Notes: generated by a model not told the origin, from the letters alone. 57,599 bases of DNA from a virus (IMGVR_UViG_3300048541_000085:1-57599); one strand, 5' to 3'; counted from the first letter of the stretch, positions 43,802 to 52,242 are shown. Numbers and translations: made by a program.

Positions 43802-43817
43802 TACCGAGGTGGGTTGG

Positions 43818-44309
43818 TCAAGCGGCGTGTGGTATTCCGCTGAAGTTTTTCGCGTTGGCAATCAACGTGGCGTAGTCGCCCTCTTCAAACTCATGCTTTA
43901 GTTCAAAGTCCTTGAGCGTAAACTCCTTGCCACTCTCCCACTTGTCCTTGAAGATTTTGTCCTTCTTGACCGTGCCGAGCAACAGACCGAAGCCGGGGAT
44001 AGAAACCATTACCCATGTCCCGTCATCCAGCTTGGCGGACAAGTCCCAGACGTTTGCCCATTCGCCTACAATCGCAAAGCCATTTGGATTTGCATCATAC
44101 TTGATGGCCTCAATCGTCTTAGCCCAACGCTTAGGACGCTTCATCGCCTTGGATTTTTGTGAAGCGGACAACTGTGAAGCTGGTATCATCACATACTTCT
44201 CTCCGCATACAGTAGACATTGCGTCAGTAACAACGGTTGCAACCTTGCGAACTTGCTTGCTATCAACACCACCCAAAAGATTTTTAATCACAACAGAAAT
44301 GTCTTGCAT
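43818..44309 (-). CDS. Hypothetical early protein
   Basis: 163 aa; TAATG coupling; GGAG RBS. Confidence 0.75.
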   Translation of the reverse strand: MQDISVVIKNLLGGVDSKQVRKVATVVTDAMSTVCGEKYVMIPASQLSASQKSKAMKRPKRWAKTIEAIKYDANPNGFAIVGEWANVWDLSAKLDDGTWVMVSIPGFGLLLGTVKKDKIFKDKWESGKEFTLKDFELKHEFEEGDYATLIANAKNFSGIPHAA

Positions 44310-44515
44310 TACTCGTCTCCATTTTCGTTTACTGGTTTGCCATATTTATCGACCGCCGTGATAGTCAAAACACGAGCGTCTTCTTTGCGTGCACCCACAA
44401 GAGAGCATGCTTCTCGCACAGCCAATGTGTGGGCTTCGTCTTCGTCATGTGCCAAGACAATAACAGTTCGTGTCGTTGGCACCTCGACCTCGACTTCGTA
44501 ATTGTATTTCTTCAT
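44309..44515 (-). CDS. Hypothetical early protein
   Basis: 68 aa from ATG 44515 (TAATG coupling); VIVLAHDEDEA motif. Confidence 0.65.
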   Translation of the reverse strand: MKKYNYEVEVEVPTTRTVIVLAHDEDEAHTLAVREACSLVGARKEDARVLTITAVDKYGKPVNENGDE

Positions 44516-44844
44516 TACATTTCCTTTCCGCGCTCTTCGCGCAACAGTTCGCTTACCCACTTGTGAGTTCGCTTTAGTAGTTTTTCCATCCATCCTTCGT
44601 CTTGAAGGCAGCGGGTTATTCCGACAGCAAGCAACGCCGCTTCGTTCATCTTCTTGCTGGCATCAAAAGTAACCTCAATCACTGGTTCGGTTTCCTTGAA
44701 TGTGAAGTTGCGAACAACGATGACCGCATCGCCGTTGTTCACAGTAATTGTTTGTGTTTCATCCGCTTCCTCTTGCTTAGGAACCGCATCCTTTTCCGCA
44801 ACCCACGCTTGGTATTGCTTGTCAGCTTCGGTGAGTTTGGCCAT
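44515..44844 (-). CDS. Hypothetical early protein
   Basis: 109 aa; GGAGG RBS. Confidence 0.7.
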   Translation of the reverse strand: MAKLTEADKQYQAWVAEKDAVPKQEEADETQTITVNNGDAVIVVRNFTFKETEPVIEVTFDASKKMNEAALLAVGITRCLQDEGWMEKLLKRTHKWVSELLREERGKEM

Positions 44845-45037
44845 TGTCTATTTCCTCCCCATCCTGTGTATAGAAACAGCGATGAACTCTGTTTTGGTTG
44901 TACTGTTCGGGGTATCTTGAGCCAGCATACTCGTCAGCAATTTCCTCGGCTTTCGCCTCGGCTTCACCCACACTGTTGGCATCAACCTCAATGACAACGC
45001 CCTCTTCAAAGCAAATAGCTACTCTAAACTTTGCCAT
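44822..45037 (-). CDS. Hypothetical early protein
   Basis: 71 aa; IEVDANSVGEA motif. Confidence 0.65.
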   Translation of the reverse strand: MAKFRVAICFEEGVVIEVDANSVGEAEAKAEEIADEYAGSRYPEQYNQNRVHRCFYTQDGEEIDNGQTHRS

Positions 45038-45278
45038 ATTTCAGTTTCCCTTCCTTCACAAAATATTCAATCAACAAGCCAACATCTCTCGTCATTTCGT
45101 TGATGTCATTCAACACGTTTGTCGTGTCTCGGTATTCGTTGGCTTCGATGCAATGCTCTTCACACCATTGCAACTGAAGCTCTTCATCGGCTTCGAGCAA
45201 CTCTTCAGGGAAATGCTCTGTTAAGTGCATCCCTGAAGCCCATCTGAACAGCGTGTTTTCCATGTGTGCATAAGACAT
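45024..45278 (-). CDS. Hypothetical acidic early protein
   Basis: 84 aa; AGGAGGAG RBS. Confidence 0.7.
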   Translation of the reverse strand: MSYAHMENTLFRWASGMHLTEHFPEELLEADEELQLQWCEEHCIEANEYRDTTNVLNDINEMTRDVGLLIEYFVKEGKLKYGKV

Positions 45279-45291
45279 GTTTACTCTCCTC

Positions 45292-45540
45292 CTAGAACGA
45301 TGCGATTAGGTTGGGGTTGATGTGATAATCACCGTCAGAGGTGATTATTTTTACGATGGCGTAGTGCTTTTCAGTGTACTCATTCTCCTCGATGTACTCA
45401 TCACGAAACTCAAGAGCCTTCACGCCCTCAAATGTTTGGCATTGTGTGACCACGGTAAGTGCGAACTCTGGGTCACTTTCAGCACCATCGAGCAGTGCCT
45501 TCTCAAGCACACGCAGTACAGTTGATTTGTATCCATTCAT
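45292..45540 (-). CDS. Hypothetical early protein
   Basis: 82 aa; GAGGAG RBS. Confidence 0.7.
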   Translation of the reverse strand: MNGYKSTVLRVLEKALLDGAESDPEFALTVVTQCQTFEGVKALEFRDEYIEENEYTEKHYAIVKIITSDGDYHINPNLIASF

Positions 45541-45716
45541 TTCATTAACTCCTCATTTACGATTGATTGTATTTGTTTGATGTTATCTCTTCGCACACCA
45601 CGCTTCTTGGCAAGACGATGCACTCGCACCCAGAAACGTAAGCGTTGTCCGGGTGCAAGGCTGAACCAATAACTTGGTATGCGAGGGATGGGTTTGCGGA
45701 ATCTACGAGGCAACAT
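45537..45716 (-). CDS. Basic hypothetical protein
   Basis: 59 aa from ATG 45716; fills the gap in the operon with an ATGA overlap. Confidence 0.5.
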   Translation of the reverse strand: MLPRRFRKPIPRIPSYWFSLAPGQRLRFWVRVHRLAKKRGVRRDNIKQIQSIVNEELMK

Positions 45717-47763
45717 TGATAAGCGCACTGTTGTCAATGTGAAAGCGATTGCCCAACAGTAGCTTGGCAAGTCTGTCCATTACCTCGCGAGACAGGTCGT
45801 CCATGTTCCTCACAACAACATAGTCGGGGAAGAACTCCTTGAGCCCATCGTATTGGATGCCGACACCAACCATGTCGATACCCATGTCACAACATGTGAC
45901 CACCGCCTTTCGGGTTTGTTGAGACAACTCGTGGTCTGTCAGGTCGGTGACATGTTCTGGATGGCCATCAGCAAGAACCATCATGACCTTACGTTTCTCG
46001 GCACGCTTGGCAAGGCGGTGAGCAACCATGAGGTATGCGTCAGGGTCAGCGTTGTGGGCAAGAGCCATGCTTGCAATGGTGCCCATCTCAGCAATCGACT
46101 GGCGCATGGTCTTGTCATACGTTTTGAACTCGAAGATGCGGACAGCATCTCGTCTTGCCCATTTCCCTTTGCCGTACCGTGCCTCGTAGTCTAGCTTGCT
46201 ATCGGCATGAGGCACCGCAGTGTGACCAAGAACCTCGACTGGTATGCCCGCACCATCGAGCGCAATCGCAATCGCAATCGCAGTCTTGGCCGCCGTCTCC
46301 ATGCGGTCACGAGAACGCATCGAACCAGAGCAATCCACAAGCAAGGACACGCAAGTGTCGATAGCGTCAGCCTCTTCTAGCTTGCGGAATATCTTGTCGT
46401 CTGCCCTCATGATACCGACACCACGCTTGCGCACATCCAACTTGCCAGAGCGACCGCCAACCCACTCGCTCCGTGTCTTGGTAATCAATGCTTGCTCTAG
46501 CTTTCTGCGCATCGTAGCAACCTTGGCACCAAGCTCGTCTCTGTGGCATGTGAACTCTCTGCGAGCATCTTCTCTGTTCCCTTCATACCACCAAGGGTCT
46601 GCCTCTCTACTAGGTGAGAAGGGTGGGAAAAAGCCATCGCTTGATGTGCATATCGGTGCGTAGATTATCGTCTTGCCCGCACGCTTCTTGGTCTTCTTGT
46701 TGTCAAGCATGTCCTTTATCTGTTCGAGACCAGATTCGATAGGCTTGGTGCTCATCCAGTCGAAGGACTTTTCCCCATCTCCTTCACTACGTCCATCAGT
46801 TCCATCAGATGTGTCATCTGGCTTTCCGCGCTCTCCTCCCGCAGTATCGCCTCCATCGCCAGTCTCACCTTCATGTGAGTGTCCATCGTCTTGGCCATCA
46901 TCAGACTCTGAAGAAGCATCACCGTCTGCATCTCGCTCATCAGTGCCCGTGTCACCTCGTCCACGCTTCGTACCTTCGCCATCTTCATCTTCCTTTCTGC
47001 CCTTCGGCTTTTCACGTTTCTCTTCTTCTTCTGCAAGCTCCTTGCTCACAAGCACTGCGAGGTCAAGCGCAGACTTCGTGCCGTTGTATGCCTTGGCCTT
47101 GTCTACCTTGCCAACACCCTCAACACCTGTGTCCAAGCCAAGTATTGCATCAGCAATCTTGAACGCTCGGTCTGTGATGTGTCCTGAGAGATTGTCCAGT
47201 GCGGCGGTCAAGTGTGGTGATGGATACCCAAGACGAACGCGACCAGCCCATGTCACTGCGAGTGGAAGTGTTGCCCAAATATCACATGCAAGGTCAGGGT
47301 CAGCCTCAAACTGTTTGGCAACCTCACGAGTGACCGCCTCGGCAGTGTGGTCAATCGACTTGGCGATGCCCGGATACAGCGTCAGACCACCATGCTCGAT
47401 GCGGATATCCTCAATGGCGTTGCCCATTGAGGTTGTCCACGACAAACCCTTTTCCTCGTTGTCCCTTGCGAACTGCGACCATGCTTCCATGTCCGTGAGG
47501 ATTTGGTGCAAGGCTTCGTGGTTCCCATAGCCACGACCAACATTGACCTGTCGTAATGTCATTGGGCTTTCGGGACATTGCGTAGGCAAGTACACGTTCT
47601 TGCCATCCGTTGCGGCACCATCGCCGTGGAACACAACATTGGTATCAAGCTCGCTCGAAATCGTCTTGATGCCAGTCGTCATGCCATCCATGTATTCACG
47701 ACCAGTGATGTAGTCCTTGTCCAAATCAGGGTCGTCAGGGGGTAGGTAAAAGTTATCAGCCAT
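45703..47763 (-). CDS. CobT-like vWA-domain protein with N-terminal HExxH domain
   Basis: HEALH...NAIEDIRIE; acidic linker; SGKLD; MIDAS DCSGS, VLADG, VGVGI. Confidence 0.88.
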   Translation of the reverse strand: MADNFYLPPDDPDLDKDYITGREYMDGMTTGIKTISSELDTNVVFHGDGAATDGKNVYLPTQCPESPMTLRQVNVGRGYGNHEALHQILTDMEAWSQFARDNEEKGLSWTTSMGNAIEDIRIEHGGLTLYPGIAKSIDHTAEAVTREVAKQFEADPDLACDIWATLPLAVTWAGRVRLGYPSPHLTAALDNLSGHITDRAFKIADAILGLDTGVEGVGKVDKAKAYNGTKSALDLAVLVSKELAEEEEKREKPKGRKEDEDGEGTKRGRGDTGTDERDADGDASSESDDGQDDGHSHEGETGDGGDTAGGERGKPDDTSDGTDGRSEGDGEKSFDWMSTKPIESGLEQIKDMLDNKKTKKRAGKTIIYAPICTSSDGFFPPFSPSREADPWWYEGNREDARREFTCHRDELGAKVATMRRKLEQALITKTRSEWVGGRSGKLDVRKRGVGIMRADDKIFRKLEEADAIDTCVSLLVDCSGSMRSRDRMETAAKTAIAIAIALDGAGIPVEVLGHTAVPHADSKLDYEARYGKGKWARRDAVRIFEFKTYDKTMRQSIAEMGTIASMALAHNADPDAYLMVAHRLAKRAEKRKVMMVLADGHPEHVTDLTDHELSQQTRKAVVTCCDMGIDMVGVGIQYDGLKEFFPDYVVVRNMDDLSREVMDRLAKLLLGNRFHIDNSALINVAS

Positions 47764-48277
47764 TGTTATCAGTCTCCCTTGGTTGTATTTTTAGCGCACG
47801 ATACATGTTGCCATCGTAGTGCTTGGTGTTGTCACGGATTGCCTGCCACAACAACAGCTTGGCTTTGTTGCTGGCGTTCCCACCGAGCCAAATCAATCCG
47901 AGATGTTCAAGTACATTGCCCAACTCGACATGAACCGCATCAACCACTTTGCACCAGTCATCGTAGCCCATGTGTGTGGCTGTAATGTCGTACACCTCAA
48001 ACTTGGCGCGATGCTTCGCAAGCATGTCAGCGTTGCCAACTGGCGGTGTTGGTTGCCAGTCTGTCCTCGGCTCAATCTTCGTCTTGCGTCTGTCCAAGAA
48101 CGGTGGGATGTCAGGCATCTCGAAGAGGTCGGGGTCTCTTCGCTTGATGCGAGGGTTAGGTGGTCTCTTGATGCGGTCAGAGGGAACATAAGGTTCCACC
48201 ACTGGCGCGACTGGCGCGGGTTGCTTGGTCTCAAAGCCAAGTTCCGCAAGTTGCTTTTGTATGATTTTGTCTGTCAT
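47756..48277 (-). CDS. Hypothetical early protein with DIPPFLDRR motif
   Basis: 173 aa; GGAGG RBS; Pro-rich N-terminal half. Confidence 0.75.
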   Translation of the reverse strand: MTDKIIQKQLAELGFETKQPAPVAPVVEPYVPSDRIKRPPNPRIKRRDPDLFEMPDIPPFLDRRKTKIEPRTDWQPTPPVGNADMLAKHRAKFEVYDITATHMGYDDWCKVVDAVHVELGNVLEHLGLIWLGGNASNKAKLLLWQAIRDNTKHYDGNMYRALKIQPRETDNNG

Positions 48278-48351
48278 TATTGACCTCCGCTTTGTGCAAG
48301 GATAATCAGTCCAAGCAAGATGTTGATGAACGCAAATTCAAGTCCTGTCAT
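48277..48351 (-). CDS. 24-aa hydrophobic peptide
   Basis: MTGLEFAFINILLGLIILAQSGGQ; AGGAGG RBS; TAATG coupling to the next gene. Confidence 0.6.
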   Translation of the reverse strand: MTGLEFAFINILLGLIILAQSGGQ

Positions 48352-48360
48352 ATAAACCTC

Positions 48361-50385
48361 CTATAGAAATTTGCAGTTGGGGAAATGCTTGTCAGCAATC
48401 TCGATGATGCGCTGTCGGTTATCGATTGGCGCACGGTCGATGACCGCCGTCTCGATAGCCATCTCGATTGCCTTGGCATTGGTTGGCAAGATGTTGTCGA
48501 AGAACGGTATCATCTCGCATATTGATTGCAGACCACGAGGCGAACATGGCACGGTAATCTCGCCATTGGTGAACGCCTTGCGCATGCTCTTTGCAAACTG
48601 CACAAGGTGTGTCCTCGTCTCGTCCGCAACTTCTGGGTAGTTCTTCTTCAGCACAACGCCCTCTTCCTTCTCGGTGAGGTAGTCAACTTCGATGAACACT
48701 GGGAACCTGTCGAGCAATGCGCCGTTGATGGGTCGCACACCAGCATAGATGCCGTGCTCATCACCTTGGCCACGAGAGTTGGCGGTAGCGCAGAAGCGGA
48801 ACAGTGGGTGAGGCGTGACGATACGACCACCGTCTTCGGTCAACATGAGACCCTTGCCCTCGGATGCACGCTGTATCACGAAGAGCAAGTCAGCACGCCC
48901 AGCATCAAACTCGTCAAGCACAAGTGCGCATGGTTGGGTCATGACCCTCGGCAACACACCTTCCTCGAACTTGGACACCGTGGTGCCACCGTCATTGGCA
49001 AGCGTGATGTTGCCCACGAGGTCAGCACGTTCGAGTGCACTGTCGAGGTTTACACGAAACACTGGCATGCCAAGACGAGCAAAGAACTGTTCATACAATG
49101 TCGTCTTGCCCGAACCAGTGTGGCCATGTGCAAAGACGTTCTTGCCCTTGAGAAATGCAGTGCATAGCTTGAGCAAGTGCATGGCTCGTATGACATAGTT
49201 CTCGTCAATGTCAGGGCATTGTGGATGCCGTACCTCGTTGCCATCCTTGTCTGTCCACACGAGTGTCGGCAACTCGAACGACAGTTCAGTGTGCTTCTTG
49301 CCCGTGATGGGGTTCTTGAACAAATCGCATGCCTTGACCATGACAACCTTGTACGTCAGCGTTGAGCCATCGACTTCGACACCACCACTGGCGGTCATCG
49401 CTGGCGCAGTCATTGCCCGTGACTTCAGCACGGACACTTCGTCTTCGAGTTTCTTGGCCAGTGTTTGCGCAGTGGATAGGTCGGTGAGCATCCGCTTCAC
49501 ATCACCCACCTTGCCCTTGGTAGCCTGCGTGAGCAGTGCGTTGATAGCCGTCTCAACACTCGTGTCGATGTCAGGCACATCAGCCGTTGGGGTTGGTGCA
49601 GGCACATCATCCTCGGTCTCGCCAAGTATCTTCATGGCAATAGTTGCGGGTACTTCGGTTTCATTCGCCTTGACATCATCAAACGAACAGCCGGTTTTAG
49701 CCGCTTCAATGTCGTCTGCCATAAGGTCGAAGGCGGCTCGTGCGCTGACACGTTGCTTGGCATTGAGTTCATACTCGTCACATAGTGAGTTGAGCATGTC
49801 ATCAGTGCGGTCTCGCATGTCTTTGGGTGAGCCGTAAGGGTCGGCATCGATAGCCATTGTTGCAAGTTTGAGTGCCTGCATAAGCACATTGCTTGGGTTG
49901 AAATCGTCCATAGGTTCTCCGTCTGTTGTTATAAGTTGGGTGTCTTTGAGTTCGGCCATCTTTGTGCCGATGCCAAACTCGTGGGTGATGATGTCCACAT
50001 CCTTGGTGAGGATGCCTTCGTATTTGCGTGGGTAGAACTTACCCACCTTGCCACCACGAACGACTGTCAGGTCGCCATTGTGCTGACAAGTCTCGATGTA
50101 TTGCATCTGCTTCGCCAAGGCACGAGGGAATAGGCTTCCTTTGTGCACATCGACTGCTGAGAAGATGAGAAAGCCAGCGATTGCGTTGGGGTTCATATCG
50201 TCAACGCTACGGTTGAACGTCTGCCCCCACTCGCAAGACCAACTTGTCATCACATCGCTCAACACAGATTCGTCTTTGCACGCATCCACAACCTCGGACA
50301 CCAACGCCTTCAGCGCATTACGCTTGGCATCCGCAGTCATTCGGCTTGCGTCCATGATACGTTTGAGCAAGTCGTAGCAATTCAT
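48361..50385 (-). CDS. CobS/MoxR-family AAA+ ATPase with long N-terminal extension
   Basis: GHTGSGKTT Walker A, LVLDEFD Walker B, ATANS.G.GD..G.Y.G, ALLDRF, SPRGL. Confidence 0.9.
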   Translation of the reverse strand: MNCYDLLKRIMDASRMTADAKRNALKALVSEVVDACKDESVLSDVMTSWSCEWGQTFNRSVDDMNPNAIAGFLIFSAVDVHKGSLFPRALAKQMQYIETCQHNGDLTVVRGGKVGKFYPRKYEGILTKDVDIITHEFGIGTKMAELKDTQLITTDGEPMDDFNPSNVLMQALKLATMAIDADPYGSPKDMRDRTDDMLNSLCDEYELNAKQRVSARAAFDLMADDIEAAKTGCSFDDVKANETEVPATIAMKILGETEDDVPAPTPTADVPDIDTSVETAINALLTQATKGKVGDVKRMLTDLSTAQTLAKKLEDEVSVLKSRAMTAPAMTASGGVEVDGSTLTYKVVMVKACDLFKNPITGKKHTELSFELPTLVWTDKDGNEVRHPQCPDIDENYVIRAMHLLKLCTAFLKGKNVFAHGHTGSGKTTLYEQFFARLGMPVFRVNLDSALERADLVGNITLANDGGTTVSKFEEGVLPRVMTQPCALVLDEFDAGRADLLFVIQRASEGKGLMLTEDGGRIVTPHPLFRFCATANSRGQGDEHGIYAGVRPINGALLDRFPVFIEVDYLTEKEEGVVLKKNYPEVADETRTHLVQFAKSMRKAFTNGEITVPCSPRGLQSICEMIPFFDNILPTNAKAIEMAIETAVIDRAPIDNRQRIIEIADKHFPNCKFL

Positions 50386-50421
50386 GTTGCTTCCTTTCTG
50401 TTTTGGTTTCGGTTTCAGTTA

Positions 50422-50449
50422 AGCACTCCTATCTCTCTCTGAGAGATAG
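50422..50449. repeat. AGCACTCC-N2/3-CTCTCTCTGAGAG hairpin element, copy 1
   Basis: Matches 52171-52197; stem CTATCTCTC-TCT-GAGAGATAG. Confidence 0.75.
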
Positions 50450-50545
50450 AGACGCGAAGGGGTCATTATCGGCAAGGACACATCACGAAGACGAGAAACA
50501 CTAGGATTGCCGCCTCGGCAATGTACCGCTTGATTTCGTGTGGCA

Positions 50546-50818
50546 TCATTTCCAAGTTCCCTTCGTGACTTCGTAGTTGAAGAAGAGCCAGTCGGGATGA
50601 CATGTGCCAGTCTGCCAAGTGCCATCGGCAAAATACTCAGCTTGCCCACACCCCGTGATGATGTTCATGAAGATGAGCATGAACATGAGGTAGCCAAGCA
50701 ATCCAAGGGTTGTGTAGCCGATGACCGTGACGAGAACTTGCGCCCAATGTTTGCGACCGTACAGACGAGAAGCCTCTTCGTCCGTAAGCCTGCGATAGTT
50801 GTATCTGCGCTTACTCAT
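50546..50818 (-). CDS. Small membrane protein
   Basis: 90 aa; basic N-terminus, long hydrophobic segment, GCG...GTC. Confidence 0.65.
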   Translation of the reverse strand: MSKRRYNYRRLTDEEASRLYGRKHWAQVLVTVIGYTTLGLLGYLMFMLIFMNIITGCGQAEYFADGTWQTGTCHPDWLFFNYEVTKGTWK

Positions 50819-51159
50819 GACGGCATCAGCCTTTGCTCACACTTGGCGTGACCAGTGGCTTTTTCCTCGACCCAGTACACGCATGGCAAGCCATCGGGAA
50901 GTGATAACGACCACATTTGCGTGCCATCGGGTGCAAAAGCGTAATCAGCCTCGAAGTCCACGAAGAACTGCTTGGCATCCAAGAACTTCTGATTGGGTCG
51001 AGGCTTTGTGAAGTTGTTTATGTATTGGCGGTGCAACTTGAGCAATCGCGCCAATACTGTCGCAGGGATTGTTTTGACCGTGACCCTCTGCAAGTCCGCA
51101 AAGAGACACATGTTGCGAGCCTTGCTCGCATCATCGTGATAGGGTTTTACTAACGGCAT
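50815..51159 (-). CDS. Hypothetical early protein
   Basis: 114 aa from ATG 51159 after AGGAGG. Confidence 0.7.
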   Translation of the reverse strand: MPLVKPYHDDASKARNMCLFADLQRVTVKTIPATVLARLLKLHRQYINNFTKPRPNQKFLDAKQFFVDFEADYAFAPDGTQMWSLSLPDGLPCVYWVEEKATGHAKCEQRLMPS

Positions 51160-51169
51160 ATAGTCCTCC

Positions 51170-51216
51170 TGTACCGTGTGTGATACTGATGTAACACTGA
51201 TGTTACACCAATGCAA
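51170..51216 (-). promoter_or_regulatory. Putative early promoter (TTGCAT-N17-TACATC) with two operators
   Basis: Palindrome TGTAACA-CTGA-TGTTACA 51190-51207 and TGTA-N10-TACT 51170-51187. Confidence 0.6.
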
Positions 51217-51238
51217 GTGCTGTCTTGTAGACAGACAC

Positions 51239-51273
51239 AAAAAAACCCCCCACCAGCGAACCCGTGAGGGGTT
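51239..51273 (-). terminator. Rho-independent terminator
   Basis: GC-rich hairpin with TTCG loop followed by a T-run on the minus strand. Confidence 0.75.
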
Positions 51274-51277
51274 GATG

Positions 51278-51463
51278 TTAGCGAAGCCACGAGATTAACT
51301 CTCGCTTGGCTTGTCGGCGGTCGCCACGGTTCGCAGTGCGCTTGATGTCGCGCTTGCTTGTGCGTGGTGTCTGCCCAATCTCGCGAAGATAACGGTTGTT
51401 GTTCCGTACATCCACGAAATCGTATGCGACCGCCTTGTGAGCGGATGATTGTGGCTTGGGCAT
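51278..51463 (-). CDS. Basic hypothetical early protein
   Basis: 61 aa Arg/Lys-rich; GGAGG RBS; TAATG coupling. Confidence 0.7.
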   Translation of the reverse strand: MPKPQSSAHKAVAYDFVDVRNNNRYLREIGQTPRTSKRDIKRTANRGDRRQAKRELISWLR

Positions 51464-51672
51464 TAGTCCTCCATGCCTATTGGCGTTTGGTCAATGATTG
51501 CGTGATGCGTGATGTAGTACACAATCTCAGGAATGTTGATGTGTTCTGCATCGTTGTCATACACGAGACCGTCCTTGGACTGCTTCGTCTTCGCGTGCAT
51601 GATTAGCGAGTAGAAGTGATTGGCGATGTCGTGATTTGACATCGAGATGAGTTGTGATTTCGTTGCGGTCAT
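51463..51672 (-). CDS. Hypothetical early protein
   Basis: 69 aa; AAGGAGG RBS. Confidence 0.72.
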   Translation of the reverse strand: MTATKSQLISMSNHDIANHFYSLIMHAKTKQSKDGLVYDNDAEHINIPEIVYYITHHAIIDQTPIGMED

Positions 51673-51698
51673 GTGTAATCCTCCTTGCAGATATGCAC

Positions 51699-51733
51699 AA
51701 AAAAAGCCCCCATCGCTTGCGCGATGAGGGCTT
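51699..51733 (-). terminator. Rho-independent terminator
   Basis: AAGCCCTCATCGC-GCAA-GCGATGGGGGC followed by a T-run on the minus strand. Confidence 0.85.
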
Positions 51734-51747
51734 GAGGTTGGGTTGGT

Positions 51748-52104
51748 CTAGCCAAGCAGAGCCATGATGGCCTTGCGCTCGGCTGGCTTGAGCGCGTTGA
51801 GCTTCGCCGCGAAGGCAACCGCTGACGCTTCCTCGGCGGAAGACTTGGGCTTGGAAGCCTTCGGCTTCGGCGCAAGTGCGGTCTTGAGTGCGACCACCTT
51901 GTCGAGGTTCGCGGAAATCTTCGCGACCTTGCCCTCGATGAATTTCGCCGAGAGGGGTTCACCCTTGCGTGAGTGCGTGCGCGACTTGGCGTTCGCCAAG
52001 CGTGCCTCGAACACGGCGATGATTGGGTCGATGTCGCCAACGGTCTTGGCGGTCTCCGCTTGCGCGATGAGTTGCTCTGCGAGCAGTGCGTTGAGTGCTG
52101 TCAT
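51748..52104 (-). CDS. First early gene, Ala/Lys-rich helical protein
   Basis: 118 aa; AAGGAG RBS; own terminator; visibly GC-richer codons. Confidence 0.8.
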   Translation of the reverse strand: MTALNALLAEQLIAQAETAKTVGDIDPIIAVFEARLANAKSRTHSRKGEPLSAKFIEGKVAKISANLDKVVALKTALAPKPKASKPKSSAEEASAVAFAAKLNALKPAERKAIMALLG

Positions 52105-52170
52105 GATGTATCTCCTTCTGATGCACGTTGGTTCAACTGGCTGACTGCCGAAGCAACAGCCGACCTAAAT

Positions 52171-52197
52171 AGCACTCCCCCTCTCTCTGAGAGGTAG
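52171..52197. repeat. AGCACTCC-N2/3-CTCTCTCTGAGAG hairpin element, copy 2
   Basis: Matches 50422-50449. Confidence 0.75.
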
Positions 52198-52210
52198 GCG
52201 CACATGCGCG

Positions 52211-52242
52211 GGACGATGGGTGGGCTAAGTCCCTGTTATGAT
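52211..52242 (+). promoter_or_regulatory. Putative late promoter variant GGACGAT-N19-TATGAT
   Basis: Same spacing as the other copies; upstream of the terminase operon. Confidence 0.5.

Noticed and set aside
46261-46282. (CGCAAT)n tandem repeat
   Set aside because: Encodes AIAIAIA within a vWA helix; no sign of phase variation.
45703-50385. Cobalamin biosynthesis auxiliary genes (cobS/cobT)
   Set aside because: No cobN or other pathway genes; better described as a general MoxR-vWA pair, so gene symbols were withheld.
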